From Gemmatimonadota bacterium (GTDB taxonomy: Bacteria; Gemmatimonadota; Gemmatimonadetes; Longimicrobiales; Gaopeijiaceae): a stretch of DNA of 64,000 nt. The notes under the pieces are model-generated. The model did no database searches. It worked only from the letters and a program-made list of their open reading frames with translations, and was not told the DNA's origin. Below, one piece after another: positions 18,941 to 28,916 of this stretch. The stretch is taken from the NCBI GenBank assembly GCA_034521595.1, contig JAXHMG010000003.1, positions 2,400,001-2,464,000 on the forward strand, read 5' to 3'. Positions within the stretch are counted from its first letter, which is position 1, and every line of letters starts with the position of its first letter. The translations under genes were made by a program, and so were the position numbers.

Positions 18941-21561
18941 TCGCTGTCCTCGTTCGTAACGGCGTTGCCCAGTTCGTAAAGGAGGTCGAGCGCCTCCTTG
19001 GGAGAAAGCGTGTCCGGATCCACCGCTCGCAGCCGTCGGAGCAGTGGATGCTCGACCTGAAACATCGAAAGCTGATCGGGTGGCGGCTCGGTGGCCGGTC
19101 GGCGTGTGCCGTGCCGGCCCAGACCCTCTCCTCCCCCACTATGTGTTCCCTCCAGCTCGGCGAGAAGTTCCCGGGCCCGGCCCACGATATCTTCCGGAAG
19201 CCCGGCCAGGCGAGCCACCTGGATTCCGTAGGAGCGATCGGCACCGCCCTCGGTCAGCCGCCGGAGAAAGACGATGTCGGTGCCCACTTCACGGACGGAC
19301 ACGTTCATGTTCTTGACACCCGGCAAGAGATCACCGAGCTGCGTGAGCTCGTGGTAGTGGGTGGCGAACACCGTCTTCGCTCCGATCCGCTCGTGGATGT
19401 GCTCGGTCACGGCCCACGCGATCGAAACCCCGTCGTAGGTGGAGGTTCCCCGCCCGATCTCGTCGAGCAACACGAGGCTGTGCTCCGTGGCCCCGTGCAC
19501 GATCGCGGCCGTTTCGCTCATCTCCACCATGAACGTCGACTGGCCCCGGGCAAGGTTGTCCGAGGCCCCGACGCGCGTGAAGACCCGGTCGACGAGCGGG
19601 AGCCGGGCACGGTCGGCCGGCACGAACGCCCCCATCTGTGCCATGAGCTGAATCAGGCCGACCTGGCGGAGGACGGTGCTCTTGCCGGCCATGTTCGGAC
19701 CGGTGAGGACGACGATCCAGCCATTCTCGCCCAGGAGGAGGTCGTTCGGAATGAACTCCTCGCGTGGCATCATGGTCTCGACCACGGGGTGTCGACCGCC
19801 CCGCACATCGAGGTCACCGTCCGTGTGGACCTCCGGTCGCACGTACCCCCTGCGAGCCGCCACGTGCGCGAAGTCGGCCAGCACATCGAGGGTCGCGATC
19901 CGAGTGGCGGATTCCTGAATCCGGGGAACCTCGCCGGCGAGGCGCTCCCTCAACTCGACGAACAGTGACGCCTCGACCTGCCCGATCCGGTCCTCCGCCC
20001 CGAAAACCTTCTCCTCCCACTCCTTGAGCTCGGGCGTGAAGTAACGCTCCCCGTTCGCGAGCGTCTGCTTCCGCACGTAGTCGTCGGGCACCTTGTCGAG
20101 GTTCGCCCGCGTGACCTCCAGGTAGTAGCCGAACACCTTGTTGAAGCCGACCTTGAGCGAGCCGATGCCGGTACGCTCGCGCTCCCGCGCCTGAAGCTGG
20201 GCAATGAAGTCCCGCGCCCCGTCACGCACCGACCGGAGCTCGTCGAGCTCTTCCGACCAACCCGGCCGCATGACTCCGCCCTCCTGGAGCGTCGCCGGTG
20301 GATCGTCGGAAACCGCCGCCCCCAGCAGGTCGCACAGGTCGCTCAACCCATCGAAGTCGGCCATCAGCTCCAACAACAAATCGGACTCCACCCCCTCCAA
20401 AGCTCCCCGCACCGCCGGGAGCCGCTCGAGAGACCTGCGGAGCCCGGCGAGGTCGCGCGGGCCGACCCGAAGCGTACCGAGCTTGCCGGCCAGCCGCTCG
20501 AGGTCGCTCACCCCGGCCAAAGCCCCACGAAGGGCCTCTCGGGTCTCCGGGCGCTCGGTGAGCTCGCGCACCGCATCCTGCCGTGCCCAGACCGCATCCG
20601 CGACCACGAGAGGCTCGAGCACCCACCGCCTCAGCATCCGTCCCCCCATGGCGGTCACGGTCTCGTCCAGCACGTCCAGGAGGGTTCCCCCTTCCTCGCC
20701 GGCTCGGAGCGGATCCGTGAGCTCGAGGTTGCGACGGGTCATGTCGTCCAGGAGCATGCCGGCGCCCGGCCGCAGGATGCGCACGGGACGCAAGTGGGAG
20801 ATCCCCGATGGACGGATCTCCCTCAGGTACTGCACCAAGGCTCCTGTCGCCCGTACGAGGACGGCATCGGCCGCCTGGAAGCCGAAGCCGTCGAGAGACC
20901 GGACTCCGTATGCGTCGGTCAACGCCTCCGTGCACACGTCGTGCTCGAACATCCAGTCGTCGCGGTAGGTGCGCGGCGCCACGGACCGCGGGCCTTCGAA
21001 CGTCAACGCCGGATCGGCTTCCAGCGAGCGGGGCACGAGCAGCTCCGACGCGTCGAGGCGGGCGAGCTCGGCGTCCAGCTCGTCCGGGGCCACCCTACGG
21101 ACCGACAGCTCGCCCGTCGATACGTCGAGCGCCGCGAGCCCGTATCCCTTCGCTTCCTCGCCGACGACGGCAACCAGAAAGTTGTTGCGGCGGTCCGTGA
21201 GCAACGAATCGGACAGGACCGTGCCGGGCGTGACCGTCTCGGTCACCTCCCGACGCACGATCCCCTGCGCCTCCGCCGCATCTTCCACCTGGTCACAGAT
21301 CGCGACCCGCTTGCCCATGCGCACCAACCGGGCGAGGTAGTCGTCGAGCGCCTTGGCGGGCACTCCCGCGAGCGCCACCCGAGCCGCCGCCCCGTTGTTG
21401 CGGGAGGTCAAGGTGAGACCGAGGAGACGTGCCCCCTCCTCGGCGTCCTCGTTGAACAACTCGAAGAAATCGCCTACCCTGAAGAAGACGAGCGCGTCCC
21501 GGTGCCGCGATTTGGCTTCGCGCCACTGCTGCATCAGGGGGGTGTCGCCGGAAGAAGACAT
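18937..21561 (-). CDS. mutS: DNA mismatch repair protein MutS
   Basis: TPLMQQW, GDFFELF, TGPNMAGKST, STFMVEM, DEIGRGT, SYGIQVA; clamp-binding-like QLSMF. Confidence 0.98.
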   Translation of the reverse strand: MSSSGDTPLMQQWREAKSRHRDALVFFRVGDFFELFNEDAEEGARLLGLTLTSRNNGAAARVALAGVPAKALDDYLARLVRMGKRVAICDQVEDAAEAQGIVRREVTETVTPGTVLSDSLLTDRRNNFLVAVVGEEAKGYGLAALDVSTGELSVRRVAPDELDAELARLDASELLVPRSLEADPALTFEGPRSVAPRTYRDDWMFEHDVCTEALTDAYGVRSLDGFGFQAADAVLVRATGALVQYLREIRPSGISHLRPVRILRPGAGMLLDDMTRRNLELTDPLRAGEEGGTLLDVLDETVTAMGGRMLRRWVLEPLVVADAVWARQDAVRELTERPETREALRGALAGVSDLERLAGKLGTLRVGPRDLAGLRRSLERLPAVRGALEGVESDLLLELMADFDGLSDLCDLLGAAVSDDPPATLQEGGVMRPGWSEELDELRSVRDGARDFIAQLQARERERTGIGSLKVGFNKVFGYYLEVTRANLDKVPDDYVRKQTLANGERYFTPELKEWEEKVFGAEDRIGQVEASLFVELRERLAGEVPRIQESATRIATLDVLADFAHVAARRGYVRPEVHTDGDLDVRGGRHPVVETMMPREEFIPNDLLLGENGWIVVLTGPNMAGKSTVLRQVGLIQLMAQMGAFVPADRARLPLVDRVFTRVGASDNLARGQSTFMVEMSETAAIVHGATEHSLVLLDEIGRGTSTYDGVSIAWAVTEHIHERIGAKTVFATHYHELTQLGDLLPGVKNMNVSVREVGTDIVFLRRLTEGGADRSYGIQVARLAGLPEDIVGRARELLAELEGTHSGGGEGLGRHGTRRPATEPPPDQLSMFQVEHPLLRRLRAVDPDTLSPKEALDLLYELGNAVTNEDSE

Positions 21562-21595
21562 GCGGAAAGCTACGAATCTCCAGGAGTCAGTCGAT

Positions 21596-21997
21596 ATGTC
21601 CGACGCACTGAGCTACGGGTTCAAGAAGAAGGTGGATGGATCAATCGACGCCGTCGAGATGCGTGTCGAAGAAGCCCTCGGGACGGAGGGCTTCGGGGTA
21701 CTCACCCGCATCGACGTCGCGGGAACTCTAAGAAAGAAGCTGGACCTGGACTTCAAGGAGTACCGCATCCTCGGGGCCTGCAATCCCGCGCTCGCCCACC
21801 GCGCGCTCACGCAGGAGGAGGACATCGGGTTGCTCCTGCCCTGCAACGTGATCGTGTACACGGACGACGAAGCCGGGAAGTGCGCGGTAGCCGTCCTCGA
21901 CCCCGTGCAGCAACTCGCCGTCTCGGGCCGTGACGACCTGGGGCCGCTGGCCGAAGAGGTGCGCGACCGCATGAAGCGGGCACTCGACCAGGTCTGA
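21596..21997 (+). CDS. DUF302 domain protein
   Basis: GFGVLTRIDV, YRILGACNP, IGLLLPCNV; AGGAG RBS. Confidence 0.9.
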   Translation: MSDALSYGFKKKVDGSIDAVEMRVEEALGTEGFGVLTRIDVAGTLRKKLDLDFKEYRILGACNPALAHRALTQEEDIGLLLPCNVIVYTDDEAGKCAVAVLDPVQQLAVSGRDDLGPLAEEVRDRMKRALDQV

Positions 21998-22061
21998 CGG
22001 CCCGGCTCGACGCCCGCCGCGACTGCTCCCCGGTCCCGGTCGGGACGCGGAAGGGCGGGCC

Positions 22062-22832
22062 TCAGCCCGAAGGGGATCGTTCCGGTCGCTCGTCCCGGAC
22101 CACTGCGCCCTGCAATCCCTCGCGGGCGAGCCGGTCGAACACCTCCTGCGCGCCCGCTCGCTCGGCGAACGACCCGATACGAACATGGAGCAACGGGCTC
22201 CCCTCGACGCGGACGAGGCGAACGTCGAAGCCGGCCTCCGTCGCGTCGGCGCGCACCGCCCGAGCCCGCTCGGGCTCACTGAACGCCCCGAGCTGCACCG
22301 AGAACGGGCCTTCGGTTCCCGGCGCGGATTCCCCGGCGGAGCCCTCGTCTTCAGTGGAAGACCGCGCTTCCGCCCGGGTGCCCACCGTCGGGGCGTCACC
22401 CGCGTCGCGGAGCCACTCCTCGGCGGCGCGGGTCACGGACGACCGGGGGTAGTCCCTCAGGAGCGCGTCCACGTGCACCCGTGCCTGCTCGCCGTCCCCC
22501 AGGGCGTGAGCGGCCTGTGCGAGCCGCAACAAAGCCCGGTCGGTAAAGGGACCACCCGGATACAACACGACCAGGCGCTGATAGTCCCGTAGCGCCTCTT
22601 CCGGGTCCACCGTCAAACGTGCCCGCAGCCACAGCGCGCGCTGCCGCTCCTCCCGTCCCACCTCGTCGTAGCGCTCGTCCCACCACGCCACGAGCTCGGC
22701 CCGGGCCTCGCTCGTTCGCCCTGAGCTCGCCAACCGCTCGAGCGCGGAGAGCTCGCCTTCCTGGGCATGCGCCGGACGGACGACACCGCTCACGGCGAGG
22801 ACCGCGAACACGCCGACGCACCACCCCCGCAT
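22062..22832 (-). CDS. Secreted TPR + SPOR domain protein
   Basis: Signal peptide AHA-Q; TPR-like LLRDYPRS; SPOR motif FSVQLGAFS...HVRIGSF. Confidence 0.85.
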   Translation of the reverse strand: MRGWCVGVFAVLAVSGVVRPAHAQEGELSALERLASSGRTSEARAELVAWWDERYDEVGREERQRALWLRARLTVDPEEALRDYQRLVVLYPGGPFTDRALLRLAQAAHALGDGEQARVHVDALLRDYPRSSVTRAAEEWLRDAGDAPTVGTRAEARSSTEDEGSAGESAPGTEGPFSVQLGAFSEPERARAVRADATEAGFDVRLVRVEGSPLLHVRIGSFAERAGAQEVFDRLAREGLQGAVVRDERPERSPSG

Positions 22833-23839
22833 CAGGCGGCCTCCTGCCGAACACGCATCCCCAGGAGCCACGTTTCCAGGAAGTGCTCGTCTTCGTGTGA
22901 GCTCGCCTTGAGCAATCGGTCGACCTCCCTGAGGTCGAGCAGGGCTCGGTCGAGGTCGTCGCGCGACCAGCCTCGAGCCTGAGGCACGACGTTCTTCGCG
23001 AGCCAACGCTGGTAGGGGGGCAAGGCCTTCTCGAGGCCCTCTCGCCCCGATTCCAGCACGACCCCGATCCGAAGAAGGTGCGTCGCAAGGCCGATCACGA
23101 GCCCGACGCCCGTTTCACCCTGGATGAACAACGCTCCGAGCGACGCGCGTGCTTCGTCGAATCGTCGATTCCCCACGAGGTCGAACCACTTCCATCGGTC
23201 CTGGCTCGGCACCCGAGTGCCGACCGCTCGGACGTCCTCGACCGTGACACGCTTTTTCTCGCCCACGAACTCCGTGAGCTTGTCGACCTCGCGAGCGAGC
23301 ACACCCAGATCGCTCCCGATCGCGGCACCCAGCGCCCGGGCCGCCTCGATCTCGAAATCCACACCGTGCACTTCCCGCGCCCGCGTAACGACCCACCCCG
23401 GGAGATCGGCGTCCGACACGGCCGGAAACTCTTTGGCCCGGGGAAGCTTGGCGAGCTCCTTGTAGATCTTCGCCTTCGACCGCGAGGGGACGGTGCAGCT
23501 CATGAGCAACGCGAGTCCCTCGGGTGGAGATCTCACGACTTCGAGAAGGGCGTCGCGAGTGTGCTTGCTCCCCGCCAACTTCTCCACTTCCCTCAGGACG
23601 ACGACGCGCCACGTCGCCATCATCGGAGGGGTGGCGAGGATCGACGCGAGGGTTTCAGCGTCTACTTCCGCGCCGTTCAGGTGGTCGACGTTGAAGTCCC
23701 GGGTCGCGGGGTCGGCGTGCAGCTCGATGAGGTCTCGGAGGGCCTCTTCCTTGCGGAAGTGATCCTCACCGTGGAGGTAGAAAGCGCCGCCCGCAGCCTC
23801 AGTCGCGATCAAAGCCGACCCGGCGCAGACCACCCTCAC
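22832..23839 (-). CDS. holA: DNA polymerase III subunit delta
   Basis: YLHGEDHF, DFN, TPPMMATWRVVVL, EVDKL, DRLLK; start uncertain. Confidence 0.88.
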   Translation of the reverse strand: MRVVCAGSALIATEAAGGAFYLHGEDHFRKEEALRDLIELHADPATRDFNVDHLNGAEVDAETLASILATPPMMATWRVVVLREVEKLAGSKHTRDALLEVVRSPPEGLALLMSCTVPSRSKAKIYKELAKLPRAKEFPAVSDADLPGWVVTRAREVHGVDFEIEAARALGAAIGSDLGVLAREVDKLTEFVGEKKRVTVEDVRAVGTRVPSQDRWKWFDLVGNRRFDEARASLGALFIQGETGVGLVIGLATHLLRIGVVLESGREGLEKALPPYQRWLAKNVVPQARGWSRDDLDRALLDLREVDRLLKASSHEDEHFLETWLLGMRVRQEAA

Positions 23840-24344
23840 GGGCGTAACGCTTGGAAAGCCGCGTGTACTCGTAGAGCCGGGCGTCGTCCCACAGGCCTCG
23901 GTCCCATCCCCCGAAGGCCACCGCGGACGCGAAGCCCCTCGCCGTGCGCGTGGCGGTGGCGGGCCGGTTCACCTGATCCACCACGATGGGGGCCACGTCG
24001 ACCACCGGAGGCTCCTCCTGCAAGAGGGGAGACCAGGCCACGACGGTCAGTAGCACAGCCAAGCCGAGGACCGTCAGGGCGGGGGTCGCCGACCCGGAGG
24101 TGTCCACCAACGCCTGCCGGTCGTCCACGTGGAAGAGACGGTGCCGGAGACGAGGCTGGAAGTCGTCCGCCAGCTCGGGCTCGGGCAAGGATCGCAACAG
24201 GGACGTTCCTTGCTCGTAAACTTCCTTGTACCGGCGGCACGAAGCGCACTCGCGAAGGTGGGCATCCATGAGCGCGGTTTCCCGTGCGGAGGCGGACCCG
24301 TCGAAGTAATCGGACGAGCGTGCCACGAAGTCTGTACAGTTCAT
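23799..24344 (-). CDS. Zinc-finger (ZAS) anti-sigma factor
   Basis: MNC...YFDG, HLRECASC (HxxxCxxC), one TM helix; downstream of an ECF sigma. Confidence 0.85.
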   Translation of the reverse strand: MNCTDFVARSSDYFDGSASARETALMDAHLRECASCRRYKEVYEQGTSLLRSLPEPELADDFQPRLRHRLFHVDDRQALVDTSGSATPALTVLGLAVLLTVVAWSPLLQEEPPVVDVAPIVVDQVNRPATATRTARGFASAVAFGGWDRGLWDDARLYEYTRLSKRYAREGGLRRVGFDRD

Positions 24345-24441
24345 AGGTCCTGAGATCATCGATTCCAGGATGTCACGTTCTCGCGAAGCGAGCCGTCGGG
24401 TCCCTCATACTGCCACCATCACGGCGGGGTTCCACACACGT

Positions 24442-24471
24442 CGGCCCCGCCGGAAGGTTCCGGCGGGGCCG
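24442..24471. terminator. GC-rich inverted repeat between ECF sigma and anti-sigma
   Basis: CGGCCCCGCCGGAA-GG-TTCCGGCGGGGCCG; no clear U tract. Confidence 0.45.
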
Positions 24472-24509
24472 TGCGCCCACTCGGGCCGCTCGGGGAAACC
24501 GACAGGAGG

Positions 24510-25160
24510 TCAGTCGATCATGGGCGCGATGATGTGCGCGAAGTTGTTCCTTGCTCGGTTCAAGCGACTCTTCACCGTACCCAGGTTGCAGTCCGTGATG
24601 TCGGCGATCTCCTCGTACGTCTTCCCCTCCATCTCGCGTAGGACGAAGACGATCCGGTGGTGCTCGGGAAGCTGCTCGACCGCCTGTTCGACCTTCTCAC
24701 GGAGATGACGCTTCCGGAAGAGGTCGTCCGGCTTGTACTGCGTGTCCTCCCATTCCAGGGGCCGGTGATCGGCATCCCAGTTCTTCTTGAGCGTCTGGAA
24801 CAGGACCAGGGGATTCCGCGACCGGTTCCGGAGCTCGTTCTTCGCCAGGTTGCTGGCGATCGTGTAGATCCACGTCGAAAACTTCTTCGACTGGTCGAAC
24901 CGGTGTAGATGCCGGTATACCCGGACGAAGGTCTCCTGGACGAGGTCCTGAGCGCGCTCCCGGTCTCCGATGGTACGGTACACGAAGTTCAGGAGCCTCT
25001 GGTCATACCGGGTGACCAACTCACCGAAGGCTCGTGAGTCCCCGTCGAGGGACGCCTGGACGACTTCGGAATCGGTCAGCTCGCCGAGGTGCGTGCGGTG
25101 CGCCCTGGCTTCACTGAGCTCGATCCCTTCTCGTTTGTCTGCTGCCTCTGTCCTGGCCAC
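24510..25160 (-). CDS. ECF RNA polymerase sigma factor (RpoE/SigW-like)
   Basis: AQDLVQETF, FSTWIYTIASN, YEEIA, GTVKSRLNRAR. Confidence 0.95.
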   Translation of the reverse strand: MARTEAADKREGIELSEARAHRTHLGELTDSEVVQASLDGDSRAFGELVTRYDQRLLNFVYRTIGDRERAQDLVQETFVRVYRHLHRFDQSKKFSTWIYTIASNLAKNELRNRSRNPLVLFQTLKKNWDADHRPLEWEDTQYKPDDLFRKRHLREKVEQAVEQLPEHHRIVFVLREMEGKTYEEIADITDCNLGTVKSRLNRARNNFAHIIAPMID

Positions 25161-25225
25161 GTGTACCTCCTCGTTCGCGGCGACTGCCGATCTGGCGGAA
25201 CCGGCGCTTCCTCGCCTACATAAGA

Positions 25226-25241
25226 TGCAGAGGTCGTGCCA
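25226..25241 (-). promoter_or_regulatory. sigma54 (-24/-12) promoter
   Basis: Minus strand TGGCACG-ACCT-CTGCA, one mismatch to TGGCACG-N4-TTGCW, about 65 bp upstream of the ECF start. Confidence 0.7.
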
Positions 25242-25352
25242 TCCCTGAAATCCGTAATTTTACGGGGATCCCGGCCCGCAACGTCCTATTCATGTGACGT
25301 TCGAGCACTCCAAATCAGGACACCGCCCGCGGACGGCCACGCCCTCATTCTC

Positions 25353-26738
25353 CTAATCCGCCGCGGCCCGACCGAGTTCCGGACGCACCACCTCCACCGG
25401 CCCCACGTCGAGCGCCTCGAGCGGGCCCTGGACCTCCGCGGCGTCGCCCACGACAACCACCTGGGCCTCGCGGGGCCTCAGGTGGCGTGCGAGCGCCGCA
25501 GCCGTTCGCTCCACCGTGACGGCACGCACGTTGTCCCGGTAGTCGTGAAAGTATCGCTCATCCAACCCGAACACGACGATGTGCGCGAGACGCGCAGCGA
25601 TCTGATCCACGGTCTCGATCTGAAGGCCGAAGATCCCGGCCGCGAAATCCCGTGTGGACGCGACTTCCTCGGACGTGGGCCCCTCTTCGACGAGCGCTTC
25701 CATCTCCCTCAGGATCTCGCGGACGGCCGGGGCCGTCACCTCGTTCGAAACCGCCGTGGATACCTCGAACGGTCCCGGTCTGCTCCGGAACGAGTAACGT
25801 GAGCGCACACCGTAGGTAAAACCGTTGCGCTCGCGGAGGTTCAAGTTCAGGCGGCTCGTGAACGTGCCGCCGAGGAGCATGTTCCCGACGAAGAGAGGAA
25901 AGTAGTCCTCCGTGTCCCGCGCGGTCCCAACATGTCCCACGCGGACTTCGGACTGGACCGACCCGGGACGGTCGACCAGCCAGATCTTCCGTTCGCGTGT
26001 CGCCGGAACCGCTTCGAACGGCGTCCCTTCCCCCGGCACACCGCTCCAGGACCCGAGGTGCCGCTCGGCCAGCGCGGTCACCTCCGACGGGTCGACATCA
26101 CCGGCCACGACCAGACCGCCATGCCGCCCCGGTCGATACGCCGCTTCGGCATATCCCAGGAGCGATGCCCGGCTGAGCGACGAGACCGAGGCTTCGGTCC
26201 CGTGCACCGGCCGTGCGTAGGGAGTCGCCTCCTGGAAATAGCGTCGCAGCGCCCGGTCGCTCGCCAACGACCCCGGATCCATGGCCCTCTGCCGGATCGT
26301 GGCCAGCCGCTGATTCCGCACCCGCTCGACTTCGGATGCCGGGAAGTCCGGTTCGAGCACGATCTCCGCGAGCAGCGGGAACGCCTCTTCCAGCCGGTCC
26401 GCGAGACACGTGAGCGATACGGTCGTTCCTTCCCAACCGGCAAAGGCGGACACACGCACGCCCAAACGTTCCAGCGCCTCGGCGAGGTCGCCCCCGCCAC
26501 GCCGGCGGGTGCCCCCGTCCAGCGCGTCGGCCGCGAGCACCGCGAGACCCGCGCGCTCCTCGGGGATGTCCTGCTCCCCGCCACGCATGAACAAGTCGAC
26601 GCTCACCAGCGGAAGGCGCGCGACGCGCGCGACGCGCACATCCAGGCCGTTTCCGAGCGTGAAGCGCTCGGTGTCCGGGAAGTCGAAATCGCGCATCGGC
26701 CCGGGCGCTGGCCGTCGGGAACGATCGAGCGTCGTCAT
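25353..26738 (-). CDS. M16 peptidase family, non-catalytic subunit
   Basis: LGNGLDV, LGGTFTSRLNLNLRERNGFTYG; lacks HxxEH. Confidence 0.9.
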   Translation of the reverse strand: MTTLDRSRRPAPGPMRDFDFPDTERFTLGNGLDVRVARVARLPLVSVDLFMRGGEQDIPEERAGLAVLAADALDGGTRRRGGGDLAEALERLGVRVSAFAGWEGTTVSLTCLADRLEEAFPLLAEIVLEPDFPASEVERVRNQRLATIRQRAMDPGSLASDRALRRYFQEATPYARPVHGTEASVSSLSRASLLGYAEAAYRPGRHGGLVVAGDVDPSEVTALAERHLGSWSGVPGEGTPFEAVPATRERKIWLVDRPGSVQSEVRVGHVGTARDTEDYFPLFVGNMLLGGTFTSRLNLNLRERNGFTYGVRSRYSFRSRPGPFEVSTAVSNEVTAPAVREILREMEALVEEGPTSEEVASTRDFAAGIFGLQIETVDQIAARLAHIVVFGLDERYFHDYRDNVRAVTVERTAAALARHLRPREAQVVVVGDAAEVQGPLEALDVGPVEVVRPELGRAAAD

Positions 26739-28012
26739 CGGTCTTCTCCCGGTCGGTAGGTCACGACCGCGCGGTTGTTCGGCCCCAACCGCTCGGCGGC
26801 GAATGTCCTGACTGCCTCGATCGAGACGTCACGGAAGCGGTCCAGCTCACGGTTGATCCGCTCGGGGTCGTCGAAGTAGAGCTCGAACATCGCCAGGCGG
26901 TCGGCCCGCTCCGACACGTGCTCGAGTGAGGTGACGAGGTCTGCCTCGGTCAGCGCGACGGCTCGCTCCACCTCCTCCGGTTCCGCGTCGACGAGCGCTT
27001 CGATCTCCTCTCCGAGCGCGGATTCCAGCTCGCCGGTCGTCGTCCCCGCATACCCGGTGGCCCAGACCAGCAACATCGACCCGCCGGTCAACAGCGGGAA
27101 GGGGAAGGAAACCACGCTCTTGGCGACCTTCCGCTCCCGCACGAGGCGACGGTAGAGGCGGGATGCCTTTCCCTGGCCGAGCAGCGCCCGCGCGACCTCG
27201 ACGGTGGTGAACTCCGGGGCGGAGTAGGGCGGAATCCGGAACGCCATGATCACTCTGGGGAGGGGCACGCCGGCCACCACGTCGTCCCGCACCGTGCCTC
27301 CGATGAGCGGCGCGAGGTCCGGGTTCCCGGGGAGCGGGGGCACCGGCTCACCGGGCTCGATCTCGCCGAAGTACCGACGGACCCTCTCGAGCGCCTCCGC
27401 GGACTCGAAGTCGCCCGCGAGAGCCAACACCGCGTTGTTCGGCCGGTAATAGGTTTCGAAGAAGCTCGCGACATCGTCGAGGCTCGCGGCCTCCAGGTCG
27501 GCCATGGATCCGATCACGGTATGGTGGTACGGGTGATCGGGCGGGAACACGAGCGATTGGAGGCGCTCGTCCCAGTCGCCGTACGGCTGGTTGTCGTAGC
27601 GTTGGCGCTTCTCGTTCTTCACGACGTCGCGCTGGTTGTCCAGCTTCTCCTGCGTCATCGCCGGGAGCATCCAGCCCATCCGGTCGGATTCCAGCCACAG
27701 CGCGAGATCCAGCTCGTGGGAAGGCAATGCCTCGAAGTAATTCGTCCGGTCGAACCAGGTCGTCGCGTTCAAGGTCCCGCCCGCACGCTCGACCAGCTCG
27801 AAGTGCTTGTTCTTCGGCACGTGGCTCGATCCCTGGAACATCATGTGCTCGAACAGGTGTGCGAAGCCGGTCTTTCCGGGAGCCTCGTTCCGGGATCCGA
27901 CGCCGTACCAGAGGTTGACGGCCACGACCGGCACGGTGCGATCCGGGGACAGCACGACCCTCAATCCGTTGTCCAGGCGGTAACGCTCAACGGGAAGCGA
28001 CAATCGACTCAC
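26735..28012 (-). CDS. M16 zinc metallopeptidase, catalytic subunit
   Basis: GFAHLFEHMMFQGS (HxxEH), NATTWFDRTNY, LESDRM. Confidence 0.95.
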   Translation of the reverse strand: MSRLSLPVERYRLDNGLRVVLSPDRTVPVVAVNLWYGVGSRNEAPGKTGFAHLFEHMMFQGSSHVPKNKHFELVERAGGTLNATTWFDRTNYFEALPSHELDLALWLESDRMGWMLPAMTQEKLDNQRDVVKNEKRQRYDNQPYGDWDERLQSLVFPPDHPYHHTVIGSMADLEAASLDDVASFFETYYRPNNAVLALAGDFESAEALERVRRYFGEIEPGEPVPPLPGNPDLAPLIGGTVRDDVVAGVPLPRVIMAFRIPPYSAPEFTTVEVARALLGQGKASRLYRRLVRERKVAKSVVSFPFPLLTGGSMLLVWATGYAGTTTGELESALGEEIEALVDAEPEEVERAVALTEADLVTSLEHVSERADRLAMFELYFDDPERINRELDRFRDVSIEAVRTFAAERLGPNNRAVVTYRPGEDR

Positions 28013-28073
28013 GTGGGTCTCCTCCTTGGTTCGTGCGATCGGGAATCGGTGCGCCCGCGAAAAATGCGAAGCG

Positions 28074-28916
28074 TCAGGGCCTCTGGCTGAGCCGCGCGCG
28101 GAGGAACGACGGGGTCACGTCTTCGAGCAGCAGGGATCGCGCGGAGTCGGTGCCGGCGGCCAGTCGGTCTTCGACCGCCGTGACGATCGGCACGTCGCCT
28201 TCCGCAGCACGCATCCGTGCCCGTTCGAGCATCTCGTACGCGGCGTCCTCTCGTTCGGTCGCCGCCGCCGCCAACGCAGCAGCGAGCTGCGCCTCCACGT
28301 CCTCGGCATCGAGCCGCGCGGCTTCCTCGAGCTCGCCGGCCCCCTCGTCGACTCGATCCGCCTCGATCAGCACGAGTCCGAAAACCGCCCGGGTCCAACC
28401 GTCGTCCGGATCGAGACGCACCGCGTCGGCGAGGGCGTCCGCCGCCTCGTCGAAGCGATCCTGAAACGCGTACAACACGCCCAACTCATACCGGACCTGC
28501 GGATCCTCCTCGTCCAGCGCGCTCGCGGCGCTCAGCTCGGCGAGCGCTTCGTCGAAGAGCCCCTCCCGCGTTAGATAGGCTCCGTACAACAGGCGGGTGA
28601 GCGCGACCTCCGGCGCGGTGATGGCCGCCACGCGGAGCGCCTGTTCCGCGTCGGGATCGTCGAACGCCGCGATGCCGTTGCCCACGGTCGCCAGCACGTA
28701 CGGATCTTCGGGATCGAGCGCCAGGGCCCTACGAAACCGCTCGTAAGCGATACCCTCGAGACCTAGCTCACGCTCCGCGACGCCGAGCCAGCAATGGACG
28801 GCCGGCTCGTCGTCGAATTCCTCGAGGTTCTCCACGAGGAGCTCCTGGGCGCTCGCCCAATCCCCCTCGTCCCCCAGTGTGAGAACGCGGGACAGAAGCG
28901 GCTGCAGCTCCATCAC
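28074..28916 (-). CDS. Tetratricopeptide repeat protein
   Basis: Repeated ALALDPED/AVRLDPDD TPR motifs; coupled to the gpmI stop. Confidence 0.85.
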   Translation of the reverse strand: MMELQPLLSRVLTLGDEGDWASAQELLVENLEEFDDEPAVHCWLGVAERELGLEGIAYERFRRALALDPEDPYVLATVGNGIAAFDDPDAEQALRVAAITAPEVALTRLLYGAYLTREGLFDEALAELSAASALDEEDPQVRYELGVLYAFQDRFDEAADALADAVRLDPDDGWTRAVFGLVLIEADRVDEGAGELEEAARLDAEDVEAQLAAALAAAATEREDAAYEMLERARMRAAEGDVPIVTAVEDRLAAGTDSARSLLLEDVTPSFLRARLSQRP

